Under the pieces are notes generated by a model. It searched no databases, had not been told where the DNA came from, and saw only the letters and a program-made list of their open reading frames with translations. The translations under genes and the position numbers were made by a program. This document shows positions 48,545 to 58,756 of a DNA stretch of 64,000 nt, piece after piece. The first letter of the stretch is position 1; every line of letters begins with the position of its first letter. The DNA is from Gammaproteobacteria bacterium (lineage in GTDB: Bacteria > Pseudomonadota > Gammaproteobacteria > SZUA-229): assembly GCA_024277705.1 (NCBI GenBank), contig JAJRUQ010000003.1:4963-68962 (forward strand), written 5' to 3'.

Positions 48545-49540
48545 ATGCGGGAACAGCAAAACAAATTAAAACATGATTATACCGGTTTAACGCCGGAGAC
48601 CATACTGGCTGCGGTCGATTCGATGGGCTATGAAAGCAGTGGCCGTATGCTGGCATTAAACAGCTATGAAAACCGGGTATATCGTTGTGAACTGGAACAG
48701 GGGGGCGCAGTGATTGCAAAATTTTATCGCCCGGATCGCTGGAGTGACCCGGCGATAAAAGAAGAGCATTTATTTGCACAGGAACTGCTGGATCAGGAAA
48801 TACCTGTGGTTGCACCATTGATTTTTAATGGTGAGTCGTTAAATGAATTTCAGGGCTATCGTTTTGCTTTATTTCCGTTGCGTGGTGGTCGCTGGCCGGA
48901 TCTGGAAACACGTGATGATTTAAACTGGATGGGCCGGTTTATTGCCCGTATCCATAACGTTGGTCGCAACGCACTGTTCGAGCATCGTCAGCAGATAGAT
49001 GTTAATCGTATGGGCAGTGTCTCTGCACTATTTTTACAGGAAAACGGTTTTATTCCGGATTATCTGCAAGCGGCGTATCAGACGCTGGTCGATGATTTAA
49101 TCATCGAAATAAAAGCTGCTTTTACACGTTGTGGCAGTTATCAGCATATTCGCTTACACGGTGACTGTCATCGCAGCAATGTTTTGTGGACAGATGACGG
49201 GCCGCACTTTGTCGATCTGGATGACTGTTGCAATGGTCCGGCGATTCAGGACTTGTGGATGTTATTGTCCGGTGATCGTGAGGAAATGACCACGCAGTTG
49301 TGTGATCTGCTGGAAGGTTATGAAGAATTTGCCGAACTGGATGTAAATGAATTACAGTTGATTGAAGCATTAAGAAGTTTGCGCATGATGCATTATGCAG
49401 CCTGGCTGGCCAAACGCTGGAATGATTCCGCGTTTCCGCTGGCTTTTCCCTGGTTTAACAGCAATCAATACTGGGAGCAGCATGTACTGGAATTGCGTGA
49501 GCAGCTGTCGAGGCTGCATGAGCCGGTACTGGTTGTTTAA
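48545..49540 (+). CDS. srkA: stress response serine/threonine kinase SrkA (YihE/RdoA)
   Basis: LNSYENRVYRC, the catalytic loop HGDCHRSNVLW and the VDLDD motif. 331 aa. Confidence 0.9.
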   Translation: MREQQNKLKHDYTGLTPETILAAVDSMGYESSGRMLALNSYENRVYRCELEQGGAVIAKFYRPDRWSDPAIKEEHLFAQELLDQEIPVVAPLIFNGESLNEFQGYRFALFPLRGGRWPDLETRDDLNWMGRFIARIHNVGRNALFEHRQQIDVNRMGSVSALFLQENGFIPDYLQAAYQTLVDDLIIEIKAAFTRCGSYQHIRLHGDCHRSNVLWTDDGPHFVDLDDCCNGPAIQDLWMLLSGDREEMTTQLCDLLEGYEEFAELDVNELQLIEALRSLRMMHYAAWLAKRWNDSAFPLAFPWFNSNQYWEQHVLELREQLSRLHEPVLVV

Positions 49541-49608
49541 AATAATTCTTTTACGTTTTTTATGTTTTTATGTTTGAATAATTGATTACCAATTCAGAGA
49601 TTTTATTT

Positions 49609-50223
49609 ATGAAAATAAGCATCATCAGCGGTAGTCACCGCAATCCGTCACAAAGTGAGAAAGTGGCTCGTTATATCGAAAAAACATTCAATACGGAGTT
49701 TGATGATATCGAACCCTGGGTGTATGCCCTCGCCGATAATCCGTTACCGTTGTGGGACCAGACCCTGTGGGAGGATAATGAGGAATGGAACGAGCGGCTG
49801 GCACCAGTTAAAAAGCAGTTAAGTGAGAGTGATGCTTTTGTGATTATTACACCGGAGTGGCACGGTCAGGTACCGGCAGGGTTGAAAAATTTCTTTTTGA
49901 TGTTTAACCGTTTTGAACTGGGGCATAAGCCGGCGTTAATTGTGGCTGTCTCCAGTGGCGACGGTGGCGCCTATCCGGTGGCAGAGTTACGGATGAGCAG
50001 CTATAAGAATAATCGTTTGTGTTATATCCCGGAACAGCTGATTTTAAGAAATATCGAAACCATCCTTAATGAAAAGGTGGAAGACAATAACGCTGAAGCC
50101 GATGCTTATTTCAGAGAGCGTATCTCATGGACACTGGATATTCTGAAAGCTTATGCGGTGGCATTGAAAAGTATGCGTGAAACAAGCGATATCCATCACG
50201 ACAAATTCGGCAACGGGATGTGA
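49609..50223 (+). CDS. NAD(P)H-dependent FMN reductase family protein
   Basis: A flavodoxin-like fold is suggested by KISIISGSHRNPSQS and TPEWHGQVPAGLKN. The start is taken at ATG 49609. Confidence 0.8.
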   Translation: MKISIISGSHRNPSQSEKVARYIEKTFNTEFDDIEPWVYALADNPLPLWDQTLWEDNEEWNERLAPVKKQLSESDAFVIITPEWHGQVPAGLKNFFLMFNRFELGHKPALIVAVSSGDGGAYPVAELRMSSYKNNRLCYIPEQLILRNIETILNEKVEDNNAEADAYFRERISWTLDILKAYAVALKSMRETSDIHHDKFGNGM

Positions 50224-50317
50224 AGCTTGTTCGTTATTCGTAAAAAGCAAAGCGCCAGGTTCAGGCCGGGAAGCATAAGGTAGTATTTACATTTTCACGA
50301 ATAGCAAGAAACTTCGC

Positions 50318-51793
50318 TTAAAACATCACCTGAAAACTGATATTGCTGATCAGACCTCTGGGTACGGTCTGGCCATTGATCTGCACTGTCTGAGTGGTGG
50401 CTGCCAGATCCAGGTTAAGGTTATTAAATACCGTGATACCGCCAGTAATGTAGGTGAGTTCAGAGCCTGCCATATTCTTTCTGATGCCGGCACGGGCGCC
50501 GGGCAGCCACCAGCTGTCTGAGGCAAAGCCGACACCGACAGATGCCCACTGGTAATCGTCCCCCATGGGGTCGGGTACCGGGTTAGCATCAAGACCGAAG
50601 TTGAAGCCCCAGGCACCGTTGCTGGTGATGTAACCGCCATCGAGTTTTAACTGACGTTGCATGATATAACGTTCACTGTCACGGATAAACTGGATGATGT
50701 TCGGGTTGGTGAAACCACTCAGGTCGGAAGCCGGGTAGTTGAATTCCGGCTCGTTCAGGTTTGTGAGTGTGGCGCCCAGCTGATACTGCTTACCACTCCA
50801 GATCGCACCCAGATCGACAGAAAAATCCTGCTGGTAGCTGAAGCTGGACTTGTTCAATGCGTTAAAGATGTCTCTGGCATTGTCCAGATTTGCTATTGGA
50901 ACGGCTGTGTTGGAAAGGCCGACACTAAAGTATTTGGGTTTGATGCCGACATAGGCTTTGTTGTCTTTCTGCTGCCAGACCTTGCGGCTGTAACCGATGC
51001 TGATCTCGGTGATCTGGGCTGCCTTGGTAATAACACCGCTGTTATTGTCGATGCGGAACTTTGCTGTCCCGTCCGGGTTAACGGTGACGCTGGCGCCACC
51101 GGTCAGATCATACGTGGTTTTTACCGTCGGCGGGTCGGCTTCATACGCCTTGATTAAATTATCCAGTGCCAGCGTGGTATCAAAATCAATCGGGTCATGG
51201 ATCCCCTTGAGGTTTGTGGTGATCGAGGTATTGGCCCCGAATGTCCAGGCGCCCAGTTTATTATTGCTGATCAGTACCGGGACATCGGCAGAAACAAAGG
51301 CTTTAGCATTCAAGCCGGTAACGGAGGCTGTGATCAGCGCGGCGGCCGTCGCCACTTCCTGAATCAGTGAGTCAAGTTTAGCTTGCTGCTCAGGGGTCAG
51401 GCTGAGGCCGGGCGGCAGTGACGGAAGAATAGTATCACTGTCTGCTCCGCTGTTTCCATCGCCGCTATCACCACCGGGAATGCCGGCACCACCGCTACTG
51501 ACCTTGTCCAGTAGTTTGAAAAGATTATCGTTGCCATCATATTCTATGCCCAGACCAAGTGACAGGCCTGCTCCGTAAAGTCCGTTTTCACCTTCCGGGG
51601 TGAGCATAGCAGCGGGATAGGCCGGGTTGCCCATATCGGATACGGTCATCTGACGGTGGGTCATACCGCCGAAAGTCAGTTTAGCTCCGCTGGGATGATA
51701 GACGGGTTCGGCAAACACCATACTATTAATGATGCCATTGCTTAGCAGTACAGATAAGGCTATAGAGAGCGGTCGTTTGTAAACAGTGGTCAT
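50318..51793 (-). CDS. outer-membrane beta-barrel protein (possibly TraF_2-like family)
   Basis: Signal peptide (...NSMVFA). Amphipathic strands alternate throughout, and the C-terminus ends ISFQVMF with a terminal Phe. The family name is tentative. Confidence 0.65.
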   Translation of the reverse strand: MTTVYKRPLSIALSVLLSNGIINSMVFAEPVYHPSGAKLTFGGMTHRQMTVSDMGNPAYPAAMLTPEGENGLYGAGLSLGLGIEYDGNDNLFKLLDKVSSGGAGIPGGDSGDGNSGADSDTILPSLPPGLSLTPEQQAKLDSLIQEVATAAALITASVTGLNAKAFVSADVPVLISNNKLGAWTFGANTSITTNLKGIHDPIDFDTTLALDNLIKAYEADPPTVKTTYDLTGGASVTVNPDGTAKFRIDNNSGVITKAAQITEISIGYSRKVWQQKDNKAYVGIKPKYFSVGLSNTAVPIANLDNARDIFNALNKSSFSYQQDFSVDLGAIWSGKQYQLGATLTNLNEPEFNYPASDLSGFTNPNIIQFIRDSERYIMQRQLKLDGGYITSNGAWGFNFGLDANPVPDPMGDDYQWASVGVGFASDSWWLPGARAGIRKNMAGSELTYITGGITVFNNLNLDLAATTQTVQINGQTVPRGLISNISFQVMF

Positions 51794-51969
51794 ATCGGTA
51801 AAAATCGGTGATGTATCGCAGAGGTGAGTTTCTGCGCAGATTATATCAGGTTTGTTTATGCACAGAGAAAGGATCCTGATAAATGCAATTTCTTATTATG
51901 AACTTTAGATCAATAGTGCCGCAGGGCATTGACAGCGGGCGCCAGTGGATTGACTGTTTACGCCAGTTT

Positions 51970-52938
51970 TCAGATAAGAGCGTGCTGGGTTTCAAGATAT
52001 TCGATGTTATTATCCGGTGTTTCACTGCTTTGGCCCCTGTTGGCGCGGCGTATGGTGGCTTCTACACGGGCGGCATTGAGTGTCTGCCGGTCGATGATTT
52101 TCGGGTAGAAAACATGTAATTTGTCAACCAGCAGGGCCTGGTCTCTGGCGTTTAACTCGAGTGCTTGACGTTGCTCGTCCCGCAGATGATCCAGTACCAG
52201 CAGGTAAGGGGACAGCCACTGGATGAACGCAGTAAACAGGGCTGTTTGCGCTTCATCCGGCCAGTAGCGCTGGACCAGCATTTTGGGAAAAAGCCGGGCG
52301 GATAATGTACGTCCGATCAGGCAATTGCTGTTCCCGGTGCTTCTTAATTCTGTTCCGTTATTGACGCTATTGCGATAAAACCACTGTGCCGTCGGCTGCT
52401 GTCCTGCTCGCTGATTAATCAGCTGGTTTAGCAGATCGCCCGCTGAAGCGGTCGCTGCTTTCTGTAGTAGCTGATTGAGCAGGGATTTTGTGTCCGGGTT
52501 TTTTTTCGGCAACTGGTTTAAAAATTCCTGCTTACAGCGTAACCCGGCTTCCCATGCCGGGCATTCGGGGGTGTAGATTTCGGTCTCTTTGCAAACACTG
52601 TCGAGCAGGGCAAGTGGTTCACGGGAATGCTGATCGAGCAGCCAGAGTTCGTATTTATCATTAAACGGAAACGGGTACGAATCAGCGTATAACAACACGG
52701 TGTCGAGCAGTGCATTACCGATTGCCTGAATTTCATTGTAATGATAAGAAGCGATCAGCGGGGAACGTCTTAATCCATTGCGGGCATCCCAGTCAGCAAA
52801 GCGGATGTCGGGCATATCAATCTCAAAAAACTCTTCCGGGTCATCGGTCGGGCAGTCGAAAGTATCGTGGATATAGAGTGTCCAGTGATGACCGTCTATG
52901 GTCACCGCATCGGCACCACCGATGGAGATGATATTCAT
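51970..52938 (-). CDS. hypothetical protein
   Basis: About 322 aa from ATG 52938 (SD GGAG 6 nt upstream). I recognise no motif. It is upstream of the OMP gene on the same strand. Confidence 0.6.
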   Translation of the reverse strand: MNIISIGGADAVTIDGHHWTLYIHDTFDCPTDDPEEFFEIDMPDIRFADWDARNGLRRSPLIASYHYNEIQAIGNALLDTVLLYADSYPFPFNDKYELWLLDQHSREPLALLDSVCKETEIYTPECPAWEAGLRCKQEFLNQLPKKNPDTKSLLNQLLQKAATASAGDLLNQLINQRAGQQPTAQWFYRNSVNNGTELRSTGNSNCLIGRTLSARLFPKMLVQRYWPDEAQTALFTAFIQWLSPYLLVLDHLRDEQRQALELNARDQALLVDKLHVFYPKIIDRQTLNAARVEATIRRANRGQSSETPDNNIEYLETQHALI

Positions 52939-53171
52939 CACTCCACGGAACGGATTCAGAATTCTCTGACTGTAGCAATTGACCGGCATAGTTAAAATCT
53001 AGTCGAAAATTCAGTTTTTTTCACTGATTCTGACGTTAATCGCGGTTTAACGATAAAGGCAAAAACCGGGACGATTGGCGCATTTTGTCAAGTAACAGGC
53101 AGTTGTGGCCAAGTATTATCAAAGCCAATCGGTAATTAGTATAACTATTGTAAATTAAAGGAGGGAAAGTC

Positions 53172-53504
53172 ATGATTGCCAGTGATAGAGAAGCTGAACA
53201 GGAGGAAATTACAAAAAAATCATCAGCCAGGCTAAACCGGATTCATCGTCGCCAGTGGAAACGGCGACTGCAGATACGTGCTGAGAAAATAAAAAGACAG
53301 ATTCAGATAGAGAACCGATTTCATAATGCCATGAATGAAATGCGGGCCACCGGTGATCATTACCGGCAGTCTTATCGGCACTGGATTTTATATCAGATGT
53401 TTACCTTATTTGATTATGAGACGGGCTTTCATGCCATCCATGACAAAACAGCCTATCAAAGCTGGCTGCTGGCCAATGGTTTTGAGCATCGTAAAAACGG
53501 TTAA
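53172..53504 (+). CDS. hypothetical basic protein
   Basis: 110 aa with a strong SD (AAGGAGGGA). The N-terminal half is Arg/Lys-rich. It is divergent from 51970..52938. Confidence 0.6.
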   Translation: MIASDREAEQEEITKKSSARLNRIHRRQWKRRLQIRAEKIKRQIQIENRFHNAMNEMRATGDHYRQSYRHWILYQMFTLFDYETGFHAIHDKTAYQSWLLANGFEHRKNG

Positions 53505-53624
53505 AAGGTGGCATTAATATCAGGAAAAGTAGCGTATATTGCCGCCTGTGCCTTTGATGGCAGCTGCCTATTGCCATTGTTTCTGCTAAAATGATCTTTT
53601 TTTAATCTAGATTGGTCAGATAAT

Positions 53625-54107
53625 ATGCAAATTGAAACAAACTCCGTGGTAACCCTTCATTATGTACTTAAAAATAACGAAGGTACTATTATTGACCAGT
53701 CAGATGACGGCAGCTTTCTGTACCTGCATGGTGCCATGAACATTATACCCGGCCTAGAAAATGCGCTGGCAGGCAAGTCTGCCGGTGATGAGTTAACGGT
53801 AAAAATTGCCCCTGAAGACGGTTATGGTTTAAAAGAGGATGAGCGTATACAGGAAGTACCCAAAGAAATGTTTGATGGCGCTGAGCAGATTGAAGTCGGC
53901 GTACAGTTTCATGCGCAAAGCCCTGACGGTGCAGATGTTGTTGTTACTGTGGTTGAAGTGAAAGATGATGTGGTGGTTATCGACGGCAATCATGCTCTGG
54001 CCGGTGTTGAATTGAACTTTGATGTAAAAGTTATTGAGGTACGTGAGGCTTCAGCAGAAGAAGTTGAACATGGCCATGTGCATGGTCCACACGGACATCA
54101 GCATTAA
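53625..54107 (+). CDS. slyD: FKBP-type peptidyl-prolyl cis-trans isomerase SlyD
   Basis: FKBP domain with an IF-insert and a short His-rich tail (HGHVHGPHGHQH). Confidence 0.92.
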   Translation: MQIETNSVVTLHYVLKNNEGTIIDQSDDGSFLYLHGAMNIIPGLENALAGKSAGDELTVKIAPEDGYGLKEDERIQEVPKEMFDGAEQIEVGVQFHAQSPDGADVVVTVVEVKDDVVVIDGNHALAGVELNFDVKVIEVREASAEEVEHGHVHGPHGHQH

Positions 54108-54146
54108 TTTTTTCTAGGGTTTCAAGCACTCCCCCCGGCTTGCGTG

Positions 54147-56513
54147 TTAATCCACACGTACAGAGAAGTTTAGAGTAAAGGTAGGGATATCAACACCGTT
54201 TGAGCCGTTAAAGACACCTTTAGGGTTTATTCTTATATCGGTCACCGCACTGTCAAAACCATTACCGTCAGGTGTGGGTGTATAAAGAAAATCGACCGCG
54301 TTGTTACTGGAAAATTCTATATCATCGGTGGTGGATGACGGGCCTGAGTAAACAAACGTCAGCCCCGAAGCCGCACCACCGCTACCATCGGTAAAAACAA
54401 AAGGGGTTTCCGGATACAGCGTGCTACTTTGTACAAAGATAGAAGTATTCGCCGGCACCGGATCCGTAAAAATAACGGTGTTATTATCCAGTGGAATTCT
54501 ACCTTCGTTATTTAAACGTAAGGCATACGTCTGCAGTGCCCCCGGTATGGCTTTCGGATTATTCGTACCATTAACCAGATCTCTTGTAACCGTATTGTTT
54601 TTGGCCAGTGTTAATAACGGCGGACACCATTCAAACGCATTCTCAAAAGCAAACACGGCTGCAATTTCAGTGGTGTGGCTTCTTTCGCTGTCAGCGGCTC
54701 TGTCTTCATCTACCGTCAAACCTATCTGCGAGCTGTTGATATTGCAGCGCCTTAACCAGCCACCATCCGCGCCATCTCGTGAAATTTGCTGTGCAATGAC
54801 ATAGGGTGTCGTCGCAAACGCCCCGCCGTTGTAGTTATTATTAAAACAGCCATTATCATAACCGCGAATATTATCGGGGGTGATCATGGTTTTTACAATA
54901 ATACTGCCGCCACCGTTAATCGCTATTGAGTCATTAATGCCGGTTTCAGCAGCCAGATAGGCAATGGTTTCGGAGGACACGGTGCCGTTTGATGTTTCTG
55001 CACGTTCCATGGCAATACGTGCACTATTAGTGGTGATAGAGCCTGATTCAACCGTGGTTTCCAGCCAGGGTGACGATATATTATCCGGGTTAATACCGGG
55101 TTCAGAATTGATGGACTGTACACTTAATAAAAAGGCCGGGTTTGCACTGAAAGTATTGCTGAAAGTAAGAGTTGTGTAGCCGGGGCTGGTGGTATTTCTT
55201 CCCTGATAAGCACTGCTGTTTATCGTACCGGCTTCTAAAACGGTGGTGCCATTGGGAAATATATGGGTCCCCGGTGTAATGGCCAGATAATCGATGGTCA
55301 TTGATGCATGCGCTCCGGTTTCCCCCTGGGGTTCCATCTGTGCTACCTGAAAGCCGCTGCTACTGATATTTTTGAAACGCAGTGATGCCGGTGGCGCGCC
55401 GGCGGTGGTTGGCAGGGCAAAAATCAATGGTGTACTTTGAAACGTATTAGTGAAATTAACCGTGGTAAACGTCAGGCTGGCTCCGGTATTCTGCGCATTT
55501 ACCGTTGCAGATGCAGCTTCCCAGTTAGGTGAACTGCCACCGCCGCTGCTGTCGAATGCCTGTGAAAAAGCAGCGACTGCAGCGGGTTCATTGGCGTGTG
55601 TTATTTCACTGTCATTTGCCCTGTCTTCCTGGATTTTCATGCTGAGATTAGTGCTATCGGTAGCGCATAAACGTAACCAGCCGCCGTTGGGGCCGTTTCT
55701 GTCTGCCTGATTGGCAATGGCGATGGTATTGATACTGCCTAAGCCATGAGCATTATTGGTACAGCTATCATTAATGTTTGCTGGCGTAGAGAACACATTA
55801 AAATTAATTGTGCTGGCACTGTTATCGGTAAAACTTCCGCTGCCAGCGGTCATCGCAAACCAGGCGATGGTTTCATTGCTGCTGACGGTACCGGCACTGG
55901 TTTCCGCACGTTCCAGTGCAACAGGGATACTGCTGCTGGTGGCAGAGGGTTGCAGGCTGATGGTTTCCAACCAGGGTTGCGTAAGTGCAGTACTGGAAAA
56001 ATTATAGCCGGGGTCATTGGCAAAACTCTGAATTTCATGAAGCACGATAGGCGTACTGGTAAATCCGGGCGTAGTGCTAAAAGTGACGGTCGCATAACCG
56101 GTGGTATCACCAACACCGGACTGGCGTTGAGTGGTGCTAATAGAGCCGGCCTGTATGCGCACGCCGCCGCCCAGATTATAGTTACCCGCTTCAATTGCCA
56201 GGTAATTAAAATTCTGTGCAGTAGTGATGCCATCTTCGCCTTCGGATTCAGCTGTGCCGACCTGAAAGCCGGTGGTGGAGACACTTAAAATACGGATCGT
56301 TGCCGGGTCGGCATTGTCATTGCCGGGTAGAATAAAAACCAGTGGTGGCGTGCTATAGGTTTGTCTGAAGTTTATGGTTGTCGGGCTGCTGCTACCACCG
56401 CTGGCACTGTTCAACGTGACGCGGCCAACCTTTAGATTAATACCTGCGGTACAGGCGGCAGCTGAGGTAGAAAGTCCCAGTAAGCATCCGGCAATAAAAG
56501 ATAAAAGCTTCAT
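54147..56513 (-). CDS. large secreted protein with two paralogous ~300-aa modules and a DUF11-like C-terminal domain
   Basis: Signal peptide. Module A (aa ~28-321) and module B (aa ~330-628) share ordered motifs: T(I/V)NF..T(Y/F).(S)TP(L)(V/I)F, SxxGFQV, PWLET, ERAETSxGTVSS, GGWLR and EDRAxDSE..H..E.AAV.AF. Confidence 0.75.
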   Translation of the reverse strand: MKLLSFIAGCLLGLSTSAAACTAGINLKVGRVTLNSASGGSSSPTTINFRQTYSTPPLVFILPGNDNADPATIRILSVSTTGFQVGTAESEGEDGITTAQNFNYLAIEAGNYNLGGGVRIQAGSISTTQRQSGVGDTTGYATVTFSTTPGFTSTPIVLHEIQSFANDPGYNFSSTALTQPWLETISLQPSATSSSIPVALERAETSAGTVSSNETIAWFAMTAGSGSFTDNSASTINFNVFSTPANINDSCTNNAHGLGSINTIAIANQADRNGPNGGWLRLCATDSTNLSMKIQEDRANDSEITHANEPAAVAAFSQAFDSSGGGSSPNWEAASATVNAQNTGASLTFTTVNFTNTFQSTPLIFALPTTAGAPPASLRFKNISSSGFQVAQMEPQGETGAHASMTIDYLAITPGTHIFPNGTTVLEAGTINSSAYQGRNTTSPGYTTLTFSNTFSANPAFLLSVQSINSEPGINPDNISSPWLETTVESGSITTNSARIAMERAETSNGTVSSETIAYLAAETGINDSIAINGGGSIIVKTMITPDNIRGYDNGCFNNNYNGGAFATTPYVIAQQISRDGADGGWLRRCNINSSQIGLTVDEDRAADSERSHTTEIAAVFAFENAFEWCPPLLTLAKNNTVTRDLVNGTNNPKAIPGALQTYALRLNNEGRIPLDNNTVIFTDPVPANTSIFVQSSTLYPETPFVFTDGSGGAASGLTFVYSGPSSTTDDIEFSSNNAVDFLYTPTPDGNGFDSAVTDIRINPKGVFNGSNGVDIPTFTLNFSVRVD

Positions 56514-56716
56514 AAATAAATATACATGTAATGGTTACTGCTTATTTTAGAAGATGATTGATTAAATTGAGTTTTTAAGTGCAGGAGTCCTTAAAATTTA
56601 TTTTGAATATATGATCATGGTTGTGCGGTTAACTTTGTTGTTGTAAGCGGAAATCGGTATCGTACCTGCAGCATGTTGTTATCAGGTCTTTCTTGACATG
56701 AATTACATGGTTAAGC

Positions 56717-57643
56717 TTAAGACAGCGGTTTGTCCTGCAGTCGTTCAGGGTGAAGGAAGTCAGTTGTTTTTTGGATAACCTGTTTGTCATGGATGATACG
56801 TCGATGACCTAATCCACGGGTTTTTATAAATTGTGCTCCCGGCCAGACGCTGGCAATTTCTTCACTGCTGTGCCAGTCGGTTTCATTGTCATCTTTATCA
56901 TGTATTAATAAACTTTTACAGCTCAGGTGTTTGACATTGTTCAACGTGTTGACCGCATCACGCGTAACTTGTCCGTGTGAGGCATAACTCTTGCGGTTGA
57001 ATGCTTTCATTACACTGTCAGGCAGTGCCAGAACCTGTTGCAGATTATCGGTAAGCATCTGAAAATTTTTCGGCGGGCAGATGCACACTGCACGTTTAAC
57101 CGATAAACCGTTTGCCATGACAAAGGCGAGTACCATGCCGCCTAAAGAATGCGTGATGGCAGCATCAAAACGGCCATAGTGTTGCTTCAGTGCAAACACC
57201 ACATCAATATATTCCAGCATACTGGTTTGCTTGCCGGCAGTTTTGCCGTGCGCCGGGGCATCAAAGCTGAGAACACGGTATCCCATAGCGGTTAACGGCT
57301 CGATATAATTGACGATTTGCGTTCCCCGTCCGCTCCAGCCATGAATAAATAAAACGGTGGCAATCGGGGCTATATGTTCCGGCTGCCAGATGTAAACCGA
57401 GATAGCCAGACCATTCACCTCAATACTTTCCTGTTTTGCAGTCTGCAGCGCTTCCTGTTCATAGTCGGGCGTTTTAAATCGAATCGTTGTAAACCATTGC
57501 TGGTAGGCAAGCTGGCCAAAGTATTGCGGAAATAATCGACCGGCAGTGTTGTAAACAAAACGAATGAAACGCAAAGAAGGAGGTACTCGTTTTTTTGCCA
57601 AAGACTTTTTATTTTTCATCGTTATGTCAGGCGGCAATTTCAT
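56717..57643 (-). CDS. alpha/beta hydrolase
   Basis: Oxyanion-region HGWSG, nucleophile elbow HSLGG, and a late Asp/His (HDKDDNETD, GLGHRRI). The alternative start is ATG 57619. Confidence 0.8.
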   Translation of the reverse strand: MKLPPDITMKNKKSLAKKRVPPSLRFIRFVYNTAGRLFPQYFGQLAYQQWFTTIRFKTPDYEQEALQTAKQESIEVNGLAISVYIWQPEHIAPIATVLFIHGWSGRGTQIVNYIEPLTAMGYRVLSFDAPAHGKTAGKQTSMLEYIDVVFALKQHYGRFDAAITHSLGGMVLAFVMANGLSVKRAVCICPPKNFQMLTDNLQQVLALPDSVMKAFNRKSYASHGQVTRDAVNTLNNVKHLSCKSLLIHDKDDNETDWHSSEEIASVWPGAQFIKTRGLGHRRIIHDKQVIQKTTDFLHPERLQDKPLS

Positions 57644-57787
57644 GTTGCCAAAAAATGTTTGATAATTTAATGTTTAAGGGTAAGGGCAATTTATAGCGGT
57701 GCCCTTAAGTCATGGTAAGCAATACAGACAACGTTTTGTTGTAAATTTGAACCATGAGTATTATTTAATGGAATCAGGTTAATCACT

Positions 57788-58117
57788 ATGTTATCAGACG
57801 AAGAATTAGAGCAGTTATATTTTATAAAAAAGTCCGGCATTCACGGTACCGGTCTGTTTGCACGTGTACCGATCAGCGAAGGTGATTACATGGGTGAATA
57901 CGATGGCCCGGAAGTATCTGAAAACGGCTCACATGTACTGTGGATAGAAGAAGACTGTGATGAAGAGTTATGGATTGGTCGCGATGGTAAGAATTTATTG
58001 CGTTATCTTAATCACAGCAAAAAACCGCACGCTGAGTTTATCGGTTTTGAACTATACGCCTTGTGTGATATTCCAGCCAATGAAGAAATCACGATTGATT
58101 ATGGTGAAGAGCCTTAG
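57788..58117 (+). CDS. SET domain protein (putative lysine methyltransferase)
   Basis: 109 aa, minimal SET with GIHGTGLFA, the NHS motif (YLNHSKKPHAEF) and EEITIDYGEE. Confidence 0.8.
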   Translation: MLSDEELEQLYFIKKSGIHGTGLFARVPISEGDYMGEYDGPEVSENGSHVLWIEEDCDEELWIGRDGKNLLRYLNHSKKPHAEFIGFELYALCDIPANEEITIDYGEEP

Positions 58118-58143
58118 CTGTTATTTGCAAACATTAACAGCCT

Positions 58144-58206
58144 GTTGCCGCAAAGGACGCGAACAAAAACAAAATTAACAGGGTGTTTGGCGCGCGTAGT
58201 ACGCAA
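58144..58206. repeat. partial copy of the 40126..40252 hairpin element
   Basis: GCCGCAAAGGACGCGAACAAAAACAAAA followed by GTGTTTGGCGCGCGTAGTACGCA. This corresponds to one arm plus half of the central palindrome. No right arm is present. Confidence 0.6.
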
Positions 58207-58411
58207 TCCCAATCCTCTATGTTCGCTTTAATCCCATGGCTGATGGTAGCCGTTAGCCGTTCCCGTATATTGGCACTCACGGACTTGATTTACATCAATC
58301 TTTCTTCCAGGTAACGGCGCTAAAGCAATATTATTATAGTAATGGATGTTTTCTATGGGGGAGATGTTTTCATTATAGTAATAAATAAATGAGCAAAAAG
58401 AGGATAGAGAA

Positions 58412-58756
58412 ATGGGAGCCGGAATACGCCTGGCTGTCTTGTGCGCCTGTCTGACAATAACTTCACTTTCATCTCTCGCGGCTTCAGTTTACTGGTCCGA
58501 TAATACCGGCGGGACATTTAATGATGTCTCGAACTGGTCGGGTGGCATATTACCCGGCACATCGGATTTCGCAATATTCGATCTGGGTTCGACTTACAAT
58601 GTTAATTTTGTTGCTTTCCCTTCGAACAATCAAAAGTTATTAATCAGAAACGATAATGTCAGCTTTGACCTGGGTGGTTATACCTATACCCTGACAGCAG
58701 CCGATTATCCTCAGGCAAGTTTGACGGTTGGTGAAGTTACGGGTGATGTCGGGTAG
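58412..58756 (+). pseudogene. 5' fragment of a secreted autotransporter/PEP-CTERM-passenger-like gene
   Basis: Signal peptide and the typical N-terminus (YWSDNTGGTFNDVSNWSGGILPGTSDFAIF). It ends at an in-frame TAG. The frame continues LSIINGRISNY for a few residues and then degenerates. No C-terminal domain is present. Confidence 0.6.
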
